Shown here one piece after another: positions 40,828-50,311 of a stretch of 51,961 nucleotides of DNA. The stretch covers positions 1-51,961 of the forward strand of contig JAXJVW010000113.1 of NCBI GenBank assembly GCA_036308365.1, written 5' to 3'. Source of the DNA: Muribaculaceae bacterium. Its GTDB lineage: Bacteria; Bacteroidota; Bacteroidia; Bacteroidales; Muribaculaceae. A program made the position numbers and the translations under genes. The notes beneath the pieces were generated by a model. It saw nothing but the letters and a program-made list of their open reading frames with translations. It did not search any database and had not been told where the DNA came from. Each line of letters begins with the position of its first letter. Positions within the stretch are counted from its first letter, which is position 1.

Positions 40828-41732
40828 ACTTGAATGTAAACATAGGCTCACTCAATCTCAAGAATCCGGTGATGACCGCCTCAGGCACTTTCGGCTATGG
40901 CACCGAGTTCGCCGACCTGATTGACCTTGAACGTCTCGGAGGCTTCGTGGTCAAAGGAACCACCCTTAACCACCGCGAAGGAAACGACTACCCCCGAATG
41001 GCCGAGACCCCGATGGGAATGCTTAACGCCGTGGGGCTGCAAAACAAAGGTGTCGACCACTTCATTGAGCACATATACCCTCAAATCAAAAACATCGGCT
41101 CACAGATTGTGGTCAATGTTTCCGGAGCATCCATCCCTGACTACGTGGCTGTGGCTGAGAAAATAGCTGCACTACCTGAAATCAACGCCATCGAGGTCAA
41201 CATCTCATGCCCTAACGTGAAACAGGGTGGCATGGCTTTCGGCACCACAACAGCCGGAGCGGCCGAGGTGACACGGGCTATCCGCAAAGCCTACCCCAAA
41301 ACGCTCATTGTCAAACTGTCGCCCAACGTGACCGACATCGCTGAAATAGCACGGGCCGTGGAAGCCGAGGGTGCCGACTCTGTCTCACTCATCAACACAC
41401 TGCTCGGCATGGCCATCGATGTTGAACGCCGACGTCCCAAACTGTCAACCGTCACCGGTGGTCTCTCAGGTCCGGCTGTGAAACCGGTGGCAGTGCGCAT
41501 GGTGTGGCAAGTGGCGAAAGCGGTCAACATACCCGTGATTGGTCTGGGAGGCATTGCCTCAGGGGCCGACGCTATGGAGTTCATCCTCGCCGGAGCCTCA
41601 GCGATTCAGGTGGGAACAGCTAACTTCATCAACCCTCACGTGACCATGGAGATTATCGATTACATGGAGGACTACTGCGCCCGCCACGGTGTTGCCGACA
41701 TCAACGATCTAATCGGAGCTCTTCAGGTTTAA
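40821..41732 (+). CDS. pyrD: Dihydroorotate dehydrogenase 1B catalytic subunit PyrD
   Basis: [57 protein letters not shown]. Confidence 0.96.
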   Translation: MVNLNVNIGSLNLKNPVMTASGTFGYGTEFADLIDLERLGGFVVKGTTLNHREGNDYPRMAETPMGMLNAVGLQNKGVDHFIEHIYPQIKNIGSQIVVNVSGASIPDYVAVAEKIAALPEINAIEVNISCPNVKQGGMAFGTTTAGAAEVTRAIRKAYPKTLIVKLSPNVTDIAEIARAVEAEGADSVSLINTLLGMAIDVERRRPKLSTVTGGLSGPAVKPVAVRMVWQVAKAVNIPVIGLGGIASGADAMEFILAGASAIQVGTANFINPHVTMEIIDYMEDYCARHGVADINDLIGALQV

Positions 41733-41817
41733 ATATCTGACATCCACCCACATAAATATTCCCCGTGAACGTCTGGCCGACAGTCGTCCACGGGGATAAT
41801 TCATGTATTATGTTGTT

Positions 41818-42789
41818 CTACATTACACCGAAGCCCGAATCCACAAGGAACGACTCGGAGTTATACAATCCATTGCGAAGAATGTCAGCGACAGTGATCT
41901 CAGGATGATTCTTGAGATATGAATCCACTATGAGATAACCCATGTAGCGGCCTGTCATTCCGGGGGCGTCGCCATGCAACAAGAAACTCTTCGGGGCCGG
42001 ATAGAGCAGCCGTGCTGCGACATCGGGGTCGGTGGAATAAATCAACTGCTTCTCAATCAACGTTTTCCACACCTTTCCAGCGTTCTCCATCAACCATTCC
42101 CGCTCGCCGTCACCCAAATTGAACACCTCATCGAGAGTCGATCCGGGGACTATGTCTGACACCGTCCGGGCCACCGCGCCCCAGTAGATCATCCCTTTGA
42201 GCAGAGTCATGTCGCCATCATCCACCATTGGATAATCGGCCACGATTCTGGCTTCAGCCACATCATATGGCATGTGGGCGGCCCGGTTAGCACGCACTAC
42301 ATATCGGTCAAACCCCTGATAGCCGGCATAGTCAGCGCCAAGATAATGATTCAAACCGATGAATATGACCGAGTCACCCGTGATCACCTTCTCCCTGAAC
42401 GGCATAATCACACCGTAGACCGTACCGAGACCGTCGCCCGTCAAACGCCGCATACGGCCATCGACCACACCAAGCACAGCCTCAATGGAGTCAGAGGAGG
42501 TGAAGCGCGACTCTACGTCAGGAGCGAAAACCTCGTAGGCCCTGCTGTGGCGGTAATCTTCCAGCCCGGTGAACTCCGATCCCGTCCGGGCCGACATGAA
42601 TTTGAGCAACTCCACCGCGGGAGTCATGGAGTCAGGCACCTCTTCCCCGGCGTAATCACCGACATATCTGTCAAAACGGATTATCTCAATCGGAGCGTCA
42701 TCATCAGCCGCACCGTCACCACCGTTATCTCTACACGACACCGACGTCAGCATTATGACAGCCAGCAATGCATAACAATATTTTTTCAT
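41818..42789 (-). CDS. Lipoprotein, possibly GldB-like / DUF2268-like
   Basis: Lipobox LTSVSC. IEIIRFDRY near the N-terminus and IGLNHYLGADY resemble GldB-family lipoproteins as I remember them. The family assignment is tentative. Confidence 0.6.
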   Translation of the reverse strand: MKKYCYALLAVIMLTSVSCRDNGGDGAADDDAPIEIIRFDRYVGDYAGEEVPDSMTPAVELLKFMSARTGSEFTGLEDYRHSRAYEVFAPDVESRFTSSDSIEAVLGVVDGRMRRLTGDGLGTVYGVIMPFREKVITGDSVIFIGLNHYLGADYAGYQGFDRYVVRANRAAHMPYDVAEARIVADYPMVDDGDMTLLKGMIYWGAVARTVSDIVPGSTLDEVFNLGDGEREWLMENAGKVWKTLIEKQLIYSTDPDVAARLLYPAPKSFLLHGDAPGMTGRYMGYLIVDSYLKNHPEITVADILRNGLYNSESFLVDSGFGVM

Positions 42790-42897
42790 ACCGCAAATTT
42801 AGCTAAAACTTCCTTTATTATCTCTGTTTCCACCAAAATTAAACCTCCGAGGCTGATTTTTTACCCTGCCGATGCGGGTTATATTGATGTAAATTGT

Positions 42898-42905
42898 TAA
42901 ATTTG
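42898..42905 (+). promoter_or_regulatory. -7 promoter box (taaatttg)
   Basis: Exact TAnnTTTG match about 105 nt upstream of the ATG at 43010. Confidence 0.4.
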
Positions 42906-43009
42906 CATCTCTATTGAGTTCCACGCCGTGATTCCATGGCGTCTCCCGACAATGAGCCTGCACGCTTCACCGCGGGAAAAGGCCCTACATCGTCGTAAAC
43001 ACCTGTCAG

Positions 43010-44209
43010 ATGAACAACAGAACGAGCAAAACGGTTGCGATCATACTCGCCATACTGGTGCTGGCCGCGTCAAGCGTCCAAGCCCGTAACTTCGTGCTCA
43101 TCCTCGACCCCGGACATGGCGGCAAAGACTATGGTGCTATCGGCAAAATCACCAACGAGAAGACAATCAACCTAAAAGTAGCCAAGCTCGTGGGAGAAAA
43201 AATAGCCCGTCACTACGACGATGTCGACATTGTGTACACCCGCAACACCGACAAATTCGTGTCGCTCAAAGACCGCGCGGCCATAGCCAATACAAACCAA
43301 GGCGACCTGTTCATCTCAATCCACGTCAACTCCATCAGCAAAAAAGCCCGCAACCGAACTACTATCAACGGTGCGTCGGTCTACACCCTGGGGCTCCACA
43401 AATCAGCCGACAACCTCGAAGTGGCCAAGCGCGAGAACGCCGTAATGGCCATGGAAGATGACTACAACAGCACCTACGAAGGATTCAACCCCGAATCGAG
43501 CGAAAGCTACATAATCTTCGAACTGAGCCAGAATCAGCACATGGAACAGAGTGTCAGATTCGCCGGCGACCTGCAAAACCAATTGACCACAACCGCCGGA
43601 CGGGCCGACAAGGGGGTTCGTCAAGCCGGATTCTGGGTTCTGTGGAGCACAGGCATGCCTTCGGTGTTGATCGAGCTCGACTTCATCTGCAACCCCGAGC
43701 AGGAGAAATTCCTCGCATCGGAAGCAGGACAGAACAAGATGGCCGACGCCATAGTCAACGCCTTCGCCACCTACAAATCGACACGCGCCAATCTGCCTCT
43801 CGATGTCGCACTCTCTGAACCGTTCACAACCGGCACCCCCGAAGGTCATGGCTCATCACAGCTAAATGCGGAGGCCGACAACGCCATCACCCTGTCAGCC
43901 TACAGCGACGAAAACAATGTGGCTGAAAACGAAAACACCCTCATGGATGTTATAGCTTTAACACAATCGCGGTCAGACCAACCGGTCTACATGATCCAGT
44001 TCCTAACCGCGTCGCGCGAACTATCACAAAACAGTCCGGAACTGAAAGGGCTGCGCCCGGTGGGTTTCTACCTCGACAACGGGCTCTACAAATTCACCTT
44101 CGGCAGTTTCAACGAAATAAAAGAGGCAAAAAATAAATTAAACGAGATACAAAAACTGTTTCCTTCAGCATTCATCATCAGAATGCAGAATGGCAAAAGA
44201 ATAAAATGA
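43010..44209 (+). CDS. N-acetylmuramoyl-L-alanine amidase (Amidase_3) with a C-terminal SPOR domain
   Basis: ILDPGHGGKDYGAIG, LFISIHVNS and GFWVLW motifs. The C-terminal SPOR-like segment is PVYMIQFLTASRELS...YKFTFGSFNEIKEAKNKL. Confidence 0.92.
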   Translation: MNNRTSKTVAIILAILVLAASSVQARNFVLILDPGHGGKDYGAIGKITNEKTINLKVAKLVGEKIARHYDDVDIVYTRNTDKFVSLKDRAAIANTNQGDLFISIHVNSISKKARNRTTINGASVYTLGLHKSADNLEVAKRENAVMAMEDDYNSTYEGFNPESSESYIIFELSQNQHMEQSVRFAGDLQNQLTTTAGRADKGVRQAGFWVLWSTGMPSVLIELDFICNPEQEKFLASEAGQNKMADAIVNAFATYKSTRANLPLDVALSEPFTTGTPEGHGSSQLNAEADNAITLSAYSDENNVAENENTLMDVIALTQSRSDQPVYMIQFLTASRELSQNSPELKGLRPVGFYLDNGLYKFTFGSFNEIKEAKNKLNEIQKLFPSAFIIRMQNGKRIK

Positions 44210-45102
44210 TCATGAAAAAAAAGGAAATCACCATTGGCATTTGCGTCATCCTGGCTCTCTGCTTCCTGTTCGTAGGCATAGAATACCTCAAAGGAATCAA
44301 TGTTTTCAAACCCGCCAACTACTATGAAGTGTCATACACCGACGTCAACGGACTCGCACTCTCAGCTCCCGTAACCCTCAACGGCTACAAGGTTGGACAG
44401 GTCAACAGCATTGAATATGAGTATGACAATCCGGGACATATCAGAGTTGAACTCAGCCTCGACAAAGCGCTGAAAGTGCCCACCGGCTCTGAAGCGATCA
44501 TTGTCACCGACATGCTCGGCACCGCCACCGTCAACCTCAAACTCGCCGCAAACAACGAATATCACAATGTTGGCGACCAGCTCATAGGCAAAACAGACAA
44601 AGGACTTATGTCAAACGTTTCCGACGACATCATGCCGACTGTCATCAACATCATCCCCAAAGTCGACTCCCTGATAACAGCTATCAACACCTTGGTGGCC
44701 GACCCAGCCCTGCAGACATCGATCAAGCGACTCGACGGAATAACCTCGAACCTGGAGATGACCATGACCAAACTCAACAAATCGGTCAACACACTCCCCG
44801 TCATAATGACAAACGTTGAAGGAACAACCGGTAACCTCAACAAAATCACCGGAAACCTCGCAACCGTGTCAGACGACGTGGCCCAGATGCCTCTCGACTC
44901 AACAATGATGAACCTGAAGGTCACCACCGACAACCTCCGCCAACTCACCGAAGACCTCAAAAACCCCAATTCCTCACTGGGCCTGCTGATGAACGACCCC
45001 GCCCTCTACAACAACCTGAACTCAACCGTTTCCTCACTCGACTCCCTGTTCATCGACATCAAGAAAAACCCGAAGCGCTACATCAACATCAAACTGCTGT
45101 AA
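44206..45102 (+). CDS. MlaD/MCE family protein
   Basis: N-terminal TM helix, an MCE domain (VNGLALSAPVTLNGYKVGQVNSIEY) and a long helical C-terminal region. ATGA overlap with the amidase gene. Confidence 0.85.
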   Translation: MIMKKKEITIGICVILALCFLFVGIEYLKGINVFKPANYYEVSYTDVNGLALSAPVTLNGYKVGQVNSIEYEYDNPGHIRVELSLDKALKVPTGSEAIIVTDMLGTATVNLKLAANNEYHNVGDQLIGKTDKGLMSNVSDDIMPTVINIIPKVDSLITAINTLVADPALQTSIKRLDGITSNLEMTMTKLNKSVNTLPVIMTNVEGTTGNLNKITGNLATVSDDVAQMPLDSTMMNLKVTTDNLRQLTEDLKNPNSSLGLLMNDPALYNNLNSTVSSLDSLFIDIKKNPKRYINIKLL

Positions 45103-45130
45103 TTTAGAACCATTCTAAATAAAACTTTTC

Positions 45131-45176
45131 AAGGGCTTAATCGCAACCACCTATGAGTCACCGCGATTAGGCCCTT
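45131..45176 (+). terminator. 14-bp stem-loop after mlaD (aagggcttaatcgc / gcgattaggccctt)
   Basis: Inverted repeat with one G-U pair and an 18-nt loop. It begins 29 nt after the stop codon. Confidence 0.55.
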
Positions 45177-45427
45177 CTCATACACCCCAATTAACAAATG
45201 TAAACTTATACGCACAATTTATATTTATAAAGCAAAACACTACAAACCAGACACTTACACCCTGCCAGGACCATCAACACTCATATCCAATCCACAACAA
45301 CACATAAATCATTGATAATCAGGATAGTTGCAATAGTTAAATAAAAACCAAATAAAAAGCAATTTGTTTTAATGATTTTTTTTTAGGAATTTTGTATCGG
45401 AAAAAGTATCGCAACAACATAAACTGA

Positions 45428-46813
45428 ATGGAAAAAGACCACATACAATTGTGGGAGGAATGTCTACGGATCATTAAAGATAATCTCTCTCCCGAGCAAT
45501 ATAAGACCTGGTTTGAGCCTATATCCTCATATAGCTTCGAACAAGGCCGGCTCACCCTCAATGTTCCTACTTCATATTATGTAGAGCACATCGAGGAACA
45601 CTACCTCAAACTGCTGATCCCTATCCTTAAACGCGTCTACGGAGGCGTGGAAGGCCTGTTCTATAAATTCTATCAGGTTGACAAGGAACCGAGCACCGTT
45701 GTCGACATACGCAGCGAAAACCCCTCGCCGGCGATTAAAGCCGGATTGCCGCCTGCCAACCCGTTCACCGTCAACGTCGAACCTAACATCGACTCACAGC
45801 TCAACCCACGCTACACTTTCGAGAACTATTGCGGAAGCATCTCAAACAAAGTGGCACGCTCAATCGGTGAGACCATCGGCGACGACCCCAACTGCAAAAC
45901 CTTCAACCCACTGTTCATCATAGGTCCGTCAGGTGTGGGCAAAACCCACCTCATGCACGCCATCGGCATTCGCCTGAAGGAGCGCAACCCCCATCTGCGC
46001 GTGCTCTATGTGACAGCCCGTCTGTTCGAAAGCCAGTTCACATCGGCCCTGCTCAATAAAAAAATAAACGACTTCATTTATTTCTACCAGAGCATCGACT
46101 GCCTCATAATCGACGACATTCAGGACCTCATTGGGAAAGACAAAACCCAGAACGCCTTTTTCCATATCTTCAACCATCTCCACCTGAACAACAAGCAGAT
46201 CATCCTCTCAAGCGACTGCCCGCAATCACAAATGAAAGGGCTGCCCGAGCGAATGATGACACGCTTCAAGTGGGGCATGACCGTGAAACTCGACCGTCCC
46301 GACCTGGAACTCCGCCGCGAAGTTCTCTCGCTCAAGGCCCAGCGCGACGGACTGAAAATCAACGACGAAGTTCTGGAATATATCGCCGAGAACGTAACCG
46401 ACAGCATCCGCGAGCTCGAAGGAGTGATGGTGTCACTGGTGGCACACGCAACCATCCTCAACATGGACATCACTGTTGATTTGGCCAAGAGCGTGCTCTC
46501 AAACGCCGTGAAAATCTCACAGCGTCAGATCAACTTCGAAATGGTGACCCAAGGTGTCAGCGCATACTACAACGTTGACCCCGACCAGATCTTCACCAAA
46601 TCGCGCAAACGTGAAATCTCCGACGCCCGTCAAATGGTCATGTACATGGCTAAAAAACATGTCAAGATGCCACTGACCGCCATCGGAACGCGCCTGTCAC
46701 GCACCCACGCCACAGTGCTCTACGCATGCAAAAACATCGAGGAGCGTCTGCCATTCGAAAAACAGCTTCAGGAAGACGTAGCCGCAATCGAAAAATCATT
46801 CACCACAGCCTGA
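45428..46813 (+). CDS. dnaA: Chromosomal replication initiator protein DnaA
   Basis: N-terminus is LWEECLRIIKDNLSPEQYKTWF. AAA+ motifs are GPSGVGKTHL and LIIDDIQ. The domain IV region is SRKREISDARQMVMYMAKKH...LSRTHATVLYACKNIE. Confidence 0.97.
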   Translation: MEKDHIQLWEECLRIIKDNLSPEQYKTWFEPISSYSFEQGRLTLNVPTSYYVEHIEEHYLKLLIPILKRVYGGVEGLFYKFYQVDKEPSTVVDIRSENPSPAIKAGLPPANPFTVNVEPNIDSQLNPRYTFENYCGSISNKVARSIGETIGDDPNCKTFNPLFIIGPSGVGKTHLMHAIGIRLKERNPHLRVLYVTARLFESQFTSALLNKKINDFIYFYQSIDCLIIDDIQDLIGKDKTQNAFFHIFNHLHLNNKQIILSSDCPQSQMKGLPERMMTRFKWGMTVKLDRPDLELRREVLSLKAQRDGLKINDEVLEYIAENVTDSIRELEGVMVSLVAHATILNMDITVDLAKSVLSNAVKISQRQINFEMVTQGVSAYYNVDPDQIFTKSRKREISDARQMVMYMAKKHVKMPLTAIGTRLSRTHATVLYACKNIEERLPFEKQLQEDVAAIEKSFTTA

Positions 46814-46904
46814 CCGCAGTCACATCAACCTCATAACAAACCACACCCTCCCTCACACCAATCATTCAAGCCATCACTCTCCCACTGCGACCCAAACAAA
46901 CCTC

Positions 46905-46932
46905 AACCTCGGCATTTCCGGGGTTTTGTTTT
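46905..46932 (+). terminator. Intrinsic terminator after dnaA (aacctcgg / ccggggtt + ttgtttt)
   Basis: 8-bp stem with one G-U pair, a 5-nt loop and a T-rich tail. It is preceded by a C/A-rich, G-poor tract. Confidence 0.6.
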
Positions 46933-47015
46933 AGCGGCATGGGGCAGAGCGAACAGCCGGCGCGCCGACCCTTCACCGAAGCGCCTTCCAATCATTCACG
47001 ACAGCATCAACGATC

Positions 47016-48251
47016 ATGACATCAAAAAGCAGACCATTGTCAATCGCAGCAAAACTGAAAGGGCTGATCAGCATGCCCACTTTCCCGATATTGATGGCAT
47101 TATGCGCCGCGCACGGCCTGAACGACCTGCTGCAATCCGTGATCACCGCGGTTTACCCCATGTTGAAAACCGATCTCAACCTCGACTTCGCCCAGATCGG
47201 ACTAATCACGCTGGTCTATCAGATAGCCGCATCGATATTCCAACCCCTGGTGGGCTACTTCTTCGACAAACGCCCGGTTGCCTGGAGCCTCCCCGCAGGA
47301 ATGCTTTGCACAACCTGCGGCATAACCCTGTTCGCCTACTGCGACACCATGGCCGGCATACTCATCGCCGTGTTCATGGTCGGCATAGGATCTGCAACAC
47401 TCCATCCTGAGGCATCACGCATCACATCGCTCGCCGGAAGAGCGCGCCGGGGGTTCGCCCAATCGGTGTTCCAGGTAGGGGGCAACTTCGGCGGTTCATT
47501 AGGCCCGCTGCTCGTGGCTGTGATCGTCGCTCCCCACGGACGTCACTACGTTGTGTGGTTCATCATCTTCGCCCTGCTATGCTTTGTGGCCATGCGCCCC
47601 ATATGCCGATGGTACAAGACATATCTCACCCACCTCAAGGAACACCCCGAGGCCCACACCTCACACCTCAAACTCCCCCTGTCAAAAAGCCGCACGCTCT
47701 TCGCCATCGCCGTCATCTGCGTGCTCATATTCTCGAAATACATCTACATGGCTTCGCTGTCAAGCTACTACACATTCTATCTGATCGAGAAATTCAACAT
47801 CAGCGTTTCAGCCTCGCAGGTGTTCCTGTTCATATTCGTCGTGTCGACAGCGGCAGGCACTCTGGTGGGCGGACCCATCGGCGACCGCTACGGCCGCAAA
47901 CCCGTCATCTGGCTTTCCATCCTCGGCACCGCCCCCTTCTCGCTGCTCCTTCCTCACGTTTCGCTCCCCATGACCGCCGTGCTCAGCTTCTGCGCCGGAT
48001 TCATGCTCTCATCGGCCTTTCCCGCCATACTGCTTTACGCCCAGGAACTGCTCCCCACCAAACTCGGCATGATTTCAGGATTGTTCTTCGGCTTCGCCTT
48101 CGGCGTGGGCGGAATAGCGTCGGCCGTACTCGGAAACTTCGCCGACACCTACGGTATCATCACCATCTACGACGTGTGTGCCTACATGCCCCTGCTTGGC
48201 TTCGTAGCACTCCTGCTGCCAAACCTCCGCAACTCCAAACTGCCTGAATAG
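47016..48251 (+). CDS. fsr: MFS transporter of the Fsr (fosmidomycin resistance) family
   Basis: Twelve TM helices. Several blocks match my recollection of E. coli Fsr: GLNDLLQS, FQPLVGYFFDKRP, AQSVFQVGGNFGGSLGPLL, IFSKYIYMASLSSYYTFYL, YAQELLP...GMISGLFFGFAFGVGG. Confidence 0.8.
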   Translation: MTSKSRPLSIAAKLKGLISMPTFPILMALCAAHGLNDLLQSVITAVYPMLKTDLNLDFAQIGLITLVYQIAASIFQPLVGYFFDKRPVAWSLPAGMLCTTCGITLFAYCDTMAGILIAVFMVGIGSATLHPEASRITSLAGRARRGFAQSVFQVGGNFGGSLGPLLVAVIVAPHGRHYVVWFIIFALLCFVAMRPICRWYKTYLTHLKEHPEAHTSHLKLPLSKSRTLFAIAVICVLIFSKYIYMASLSSYYTFYLIEKFNISVSASQVFLFIFVVSTAAGTLVGGPIGDRYGRKPVIWLSILGTAPFSLLLPHVSLPMTAVLSFCAGFMLSSAFPAILLYAQELLPTKLGMISGLFFGFAFGVGGIASAVLGNFADTYGIITIYDVCAYMPLLGFVALLLPNLRNSKLPE

Positions 48252-48388
48252 GCGCCGTCTCCGGCGAAGCGGCAACTAACCCCTGCCACTTCATGCGCAC
48301 CATCATCCATTTCATGACCGACATCGGTCATCTGCCTCCGCTTTTTCTTAAATTAATTAAAATAATCTGTGCGACGGAACCTCAAGCG

Positions 48389-48411
48389 TGTTAAATTTAA
48401 TGTTAAATTTA
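48389..48411. repeat. Direct repeat 2 x 11 nt (tgttaaattta) separated by 1 nt
   Basis: Copies at 48389-48399 and 48401-48411, inside an imperfect palindrome gtgttaaattt...aaatttaaacac. The element ttaaattt recurs in the promoter box at 48455. Confidence 0.85.
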
Positions 48412-48454
48412 AACACACTCCGGATGTTTTTTTGGTAAAAAGAATTGTATTGAT

Positions 48455-48462
48455 TAAATTTG
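48455..48462 (+). promoter_or_regulatory. -7 promoter box (taaatttg) with a -33-like TTTG at 48431-48434
   Basis: TAnnTTTG and TTTG are separated by 20 bp, matching the published Bacteroides promoter geometry. The box is 31 nt upstream of the ATG at 48494. Confidence 0.55.
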
Positions 48463-48493
48463 CATTTCAGAAAACAAAAAAAACACAGTTACC

Positions 48494-48910
48494 ATGCAAA
48501 TTCAACGCATTCAAACCCTCTACCTCATAATTTCCATTATCCTTCTCGGAATATTCTGCACATCCACCCTCGGATCAGCCACACTGGAAGAGAACATCAC
48601 CTCAGTCATTGTCAAAGACTATCCCATGCTCCTGATAGTGGCGACAGCATCGGCAGTGCTCCTGCTCATAAACATATTCCTTTACAAAAACCTGCAGTTG
48701 CAAAAAAGAGTGGCCCTGATATCCATGCTGCTCATATCCGTGACCGCGGCCACAGCACTTTTCATCATCTACGGATCCGTGCCCGGCGGCCAGATAATGT
48801 GGTTCGGCGGAGTGCTGCTGCTTGTCGGAGCACTGATATTCACACTGATGGCCTACCGAGGCATGAAACGCGACGAAAAGAAACTCCGCGACTCCGATCG
48901 CATACGTTAA
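48494..48910 (+). CDS. DUF4293-like integral membrane protein
   Basis: The MQIQRIQTLYLIISIILLGIF opening and four TM helices resemble the Bacteroidota DUF4293 family. The overlapping ORF at 48460..48972 is an Arg/His-rich shadow frame. Confidence 0.75.
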   Translation: MQIQRIQTLYLIISIILLGIFCTSTLGSATLEENITSVIVKDYPMLLIVATASAVLLLINIFLYKNLQLQKRVALISMLLISVTAATALFIIYGSVPGGQIMWFGGVLLLVGALIFTLMAYRGMKRDEKKLRDSDRIR

Positions 48911-48950
48911 CCCCCGACACACCGCAGAGCGCCACTCACGCCACACTAAA

Positions 48951-49604
48951 ATGCATCATTTCATTGACATAGCCACCAGCGGCATCATCATAGGCATACT
49001 CATCTCAGCACCTATGGGGCCCATTGGAATGTTATGCATTCAGCGTACACTCAACAAAGGCCGGTGGCCCGCATTTTTCACCGGAATAGGCGCCGCCCTG
49101 TCCGACCTGATCTACTGCCTGCTGACAGGTCTGGGACTGTCGTTCGTCACCGATTTCATCCAGGCAAACCAAAGCATACTCCAGTTTTTAGGCAGCATGG
49201 TGCTCGCCGGCTTCGCCTTCTATCTATTCCGCAAAAACCCCGCCCGGCAGCTCAAACCCCAGGAGGAAATATCAAACAACTTTTTCGCCGACTTCGGAAC
49301 AGGATTCCTGTTCACTTTCTCCAATCCGCTGATACTGTTCTTCATCATAGGCCTGTTCGCCCGGTTCAACTTCCTGTTGCCCGAATTCCGCTACTACCAC
49401 TACATGGTTGGCTACGCCGGAATATTCGCCGGAGCACTCCTGTGGTGGTACATGATAACATTTTTCGTAAACAAAGTCCGCGCTCACTTCAACGTCAGGT
49501 CAATGTGGCTCTTCAACAGAATTATCGCTATAATCCTGTTCATAATGGCCATTGCCGGCTGCTACATGAGTGTGAAAGGCTACATCACCAACGCCAATGC
49601 ATAA
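48951..49604 (+). CDS. LysE/RhtB-family amino-acid exporter
   Basis: SAPMGPIGMLCIQRTL near the N-terminus, about six TM helices, and NPLILFFIIGLF. Confidence 0.82.
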   Translation: MHHFIDIATSGIIIGILISAPMGPIGMLCIQRTLNKGRWPAFFTGIGAALSDLIYCLLTGLGLSFVTDFIQANQSILQFLGSMVLAGFAFYLFRKNPARQLKPQEEISNNFFADFGTGFLFTFSNPLILFFIIGLFARFNFLLPEFRYYHYMVGYAGIFAGALLWWYMITFFVNKVRAHFNVRSMWLFNRIIAIILFIMAIAGCYMSVKGYITNANA

Positions 49605-50253
49605 CATCTCCGAATTAGAAATCCCCTACATACCCTCGCTCAAAGGCTTCAACCCCGACGAAGTAATCAACACACTTCAGGATCTGGGCAACAAAGCCTC
49701 GATTGAATCAGTCAACTGGCGCGACAAATACCCCTACCAGCCACTCACGGTGGTCAACGTGGCCCACAACGGCGAGATGATCTACATCGACTTCTTCGTT
49801 CGATGCAACTATCTCTGCGCCGTCAACTACACCAACAACTCACCCGTGGCAAGCGACTCATGCATTGAGTTCTTCGTGTCGCCAACCTGCGACAACCACT
49901 ATTGGAACTTCGAGTTCAACTGCATCGGAACAATCAACGCCTCACACCGCTCCGAACGCCACAACCCCACCCGACTGACCGATCAGGAACTCGGACGGGT
50001 GCTCCGCTACGCATCGTGTGGCACACGCCCGTTCCAGGAAATTGAAGGACTGTTCACATGGAACGTGCTCATCGCCATTCCGTTAGACCTCATCGGCGTG
50101 CACTACAACGGTGAACCCATTGAAATGAGAGCCAACTTCAACAAATGCGCGTCAGGAACCTCTCAGCCCCACTTCATGTCGCTTTTCCCCATCGACACAC
50201 CTGAACCCGATTTCCATCAACCACAATTTTTTGGAAAAATTATCCTCAAATAG
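49597..50253 (+). CDS. Carbohydrate-binding family 9-like / DOMON-like protein
   Basis: The SCIEFFVSP...YWNFEFNCIGT pattern is recalled from CBM9-like proteins of Bacteroidota. It overlaps the LysE-family stop by 8 nt. Confidence 0.6.
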   Translation: MHNISELEIPYIPSLKGFNPDEVINTLQDLGNKASIESVNWRDKYPYQPLTVVNVAHNGEMIYIDFFVRCNYLCAVNYTNNSPVASDSCIEFFVSPTCDNHYWNFEFNCIGTINASHRSERHNPTRLTDQELGRVLRYASCGTRPFQEIEGLFTWNVLIAIPLDLIGVHYNGEPIEMRANFNKCASGTSQPHFMSLFPIDTPEPDFHQPQFFGKIILK

Positions 50254-50277
50254 TTTGTGTAATTCAAATTTTTGACC

Positions 50278-50285
50278 TACCTTTG
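50278..50285 (+). promoter_or_regulatory. -7 promoter box (tacctttg) upstream of the tRNA
   Basis: Exact TAnnTTTG match 26 nt upstream of the predicted tRNA 5' end. Confidence 0.5.
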
Positions 50286-50311
50286 CACTGTCAAAAGCGA
50301 ATGACACGCAA

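Noticed and set aside
45103-45427. Replication origin (oriC) immediately upstream of dnaA
   Set aside because: The region is AT-rich, but I found no consensus or one-mismatch DnaA boxes. The best match is 7/9. Gene orientation does not switch around dnaA. I cannot exclude a divergent box consensus, so the observation is kept as a low-interest finding rather than an oriC feature.
47555-48247. 230-aa ORF overlapping the fsr-family gene in another frame. Similar cases are 47102..47410, 14622..15089, 48460..48972, 49034..49618 and 50447..50665.
   Set aside because: The translations are Arg/His/Pro-rich and low in complexity. Each lies wholly inside a well-supported gene on the same strand. These are typical shadow ORFs of moderately GC-rich coding sequence.
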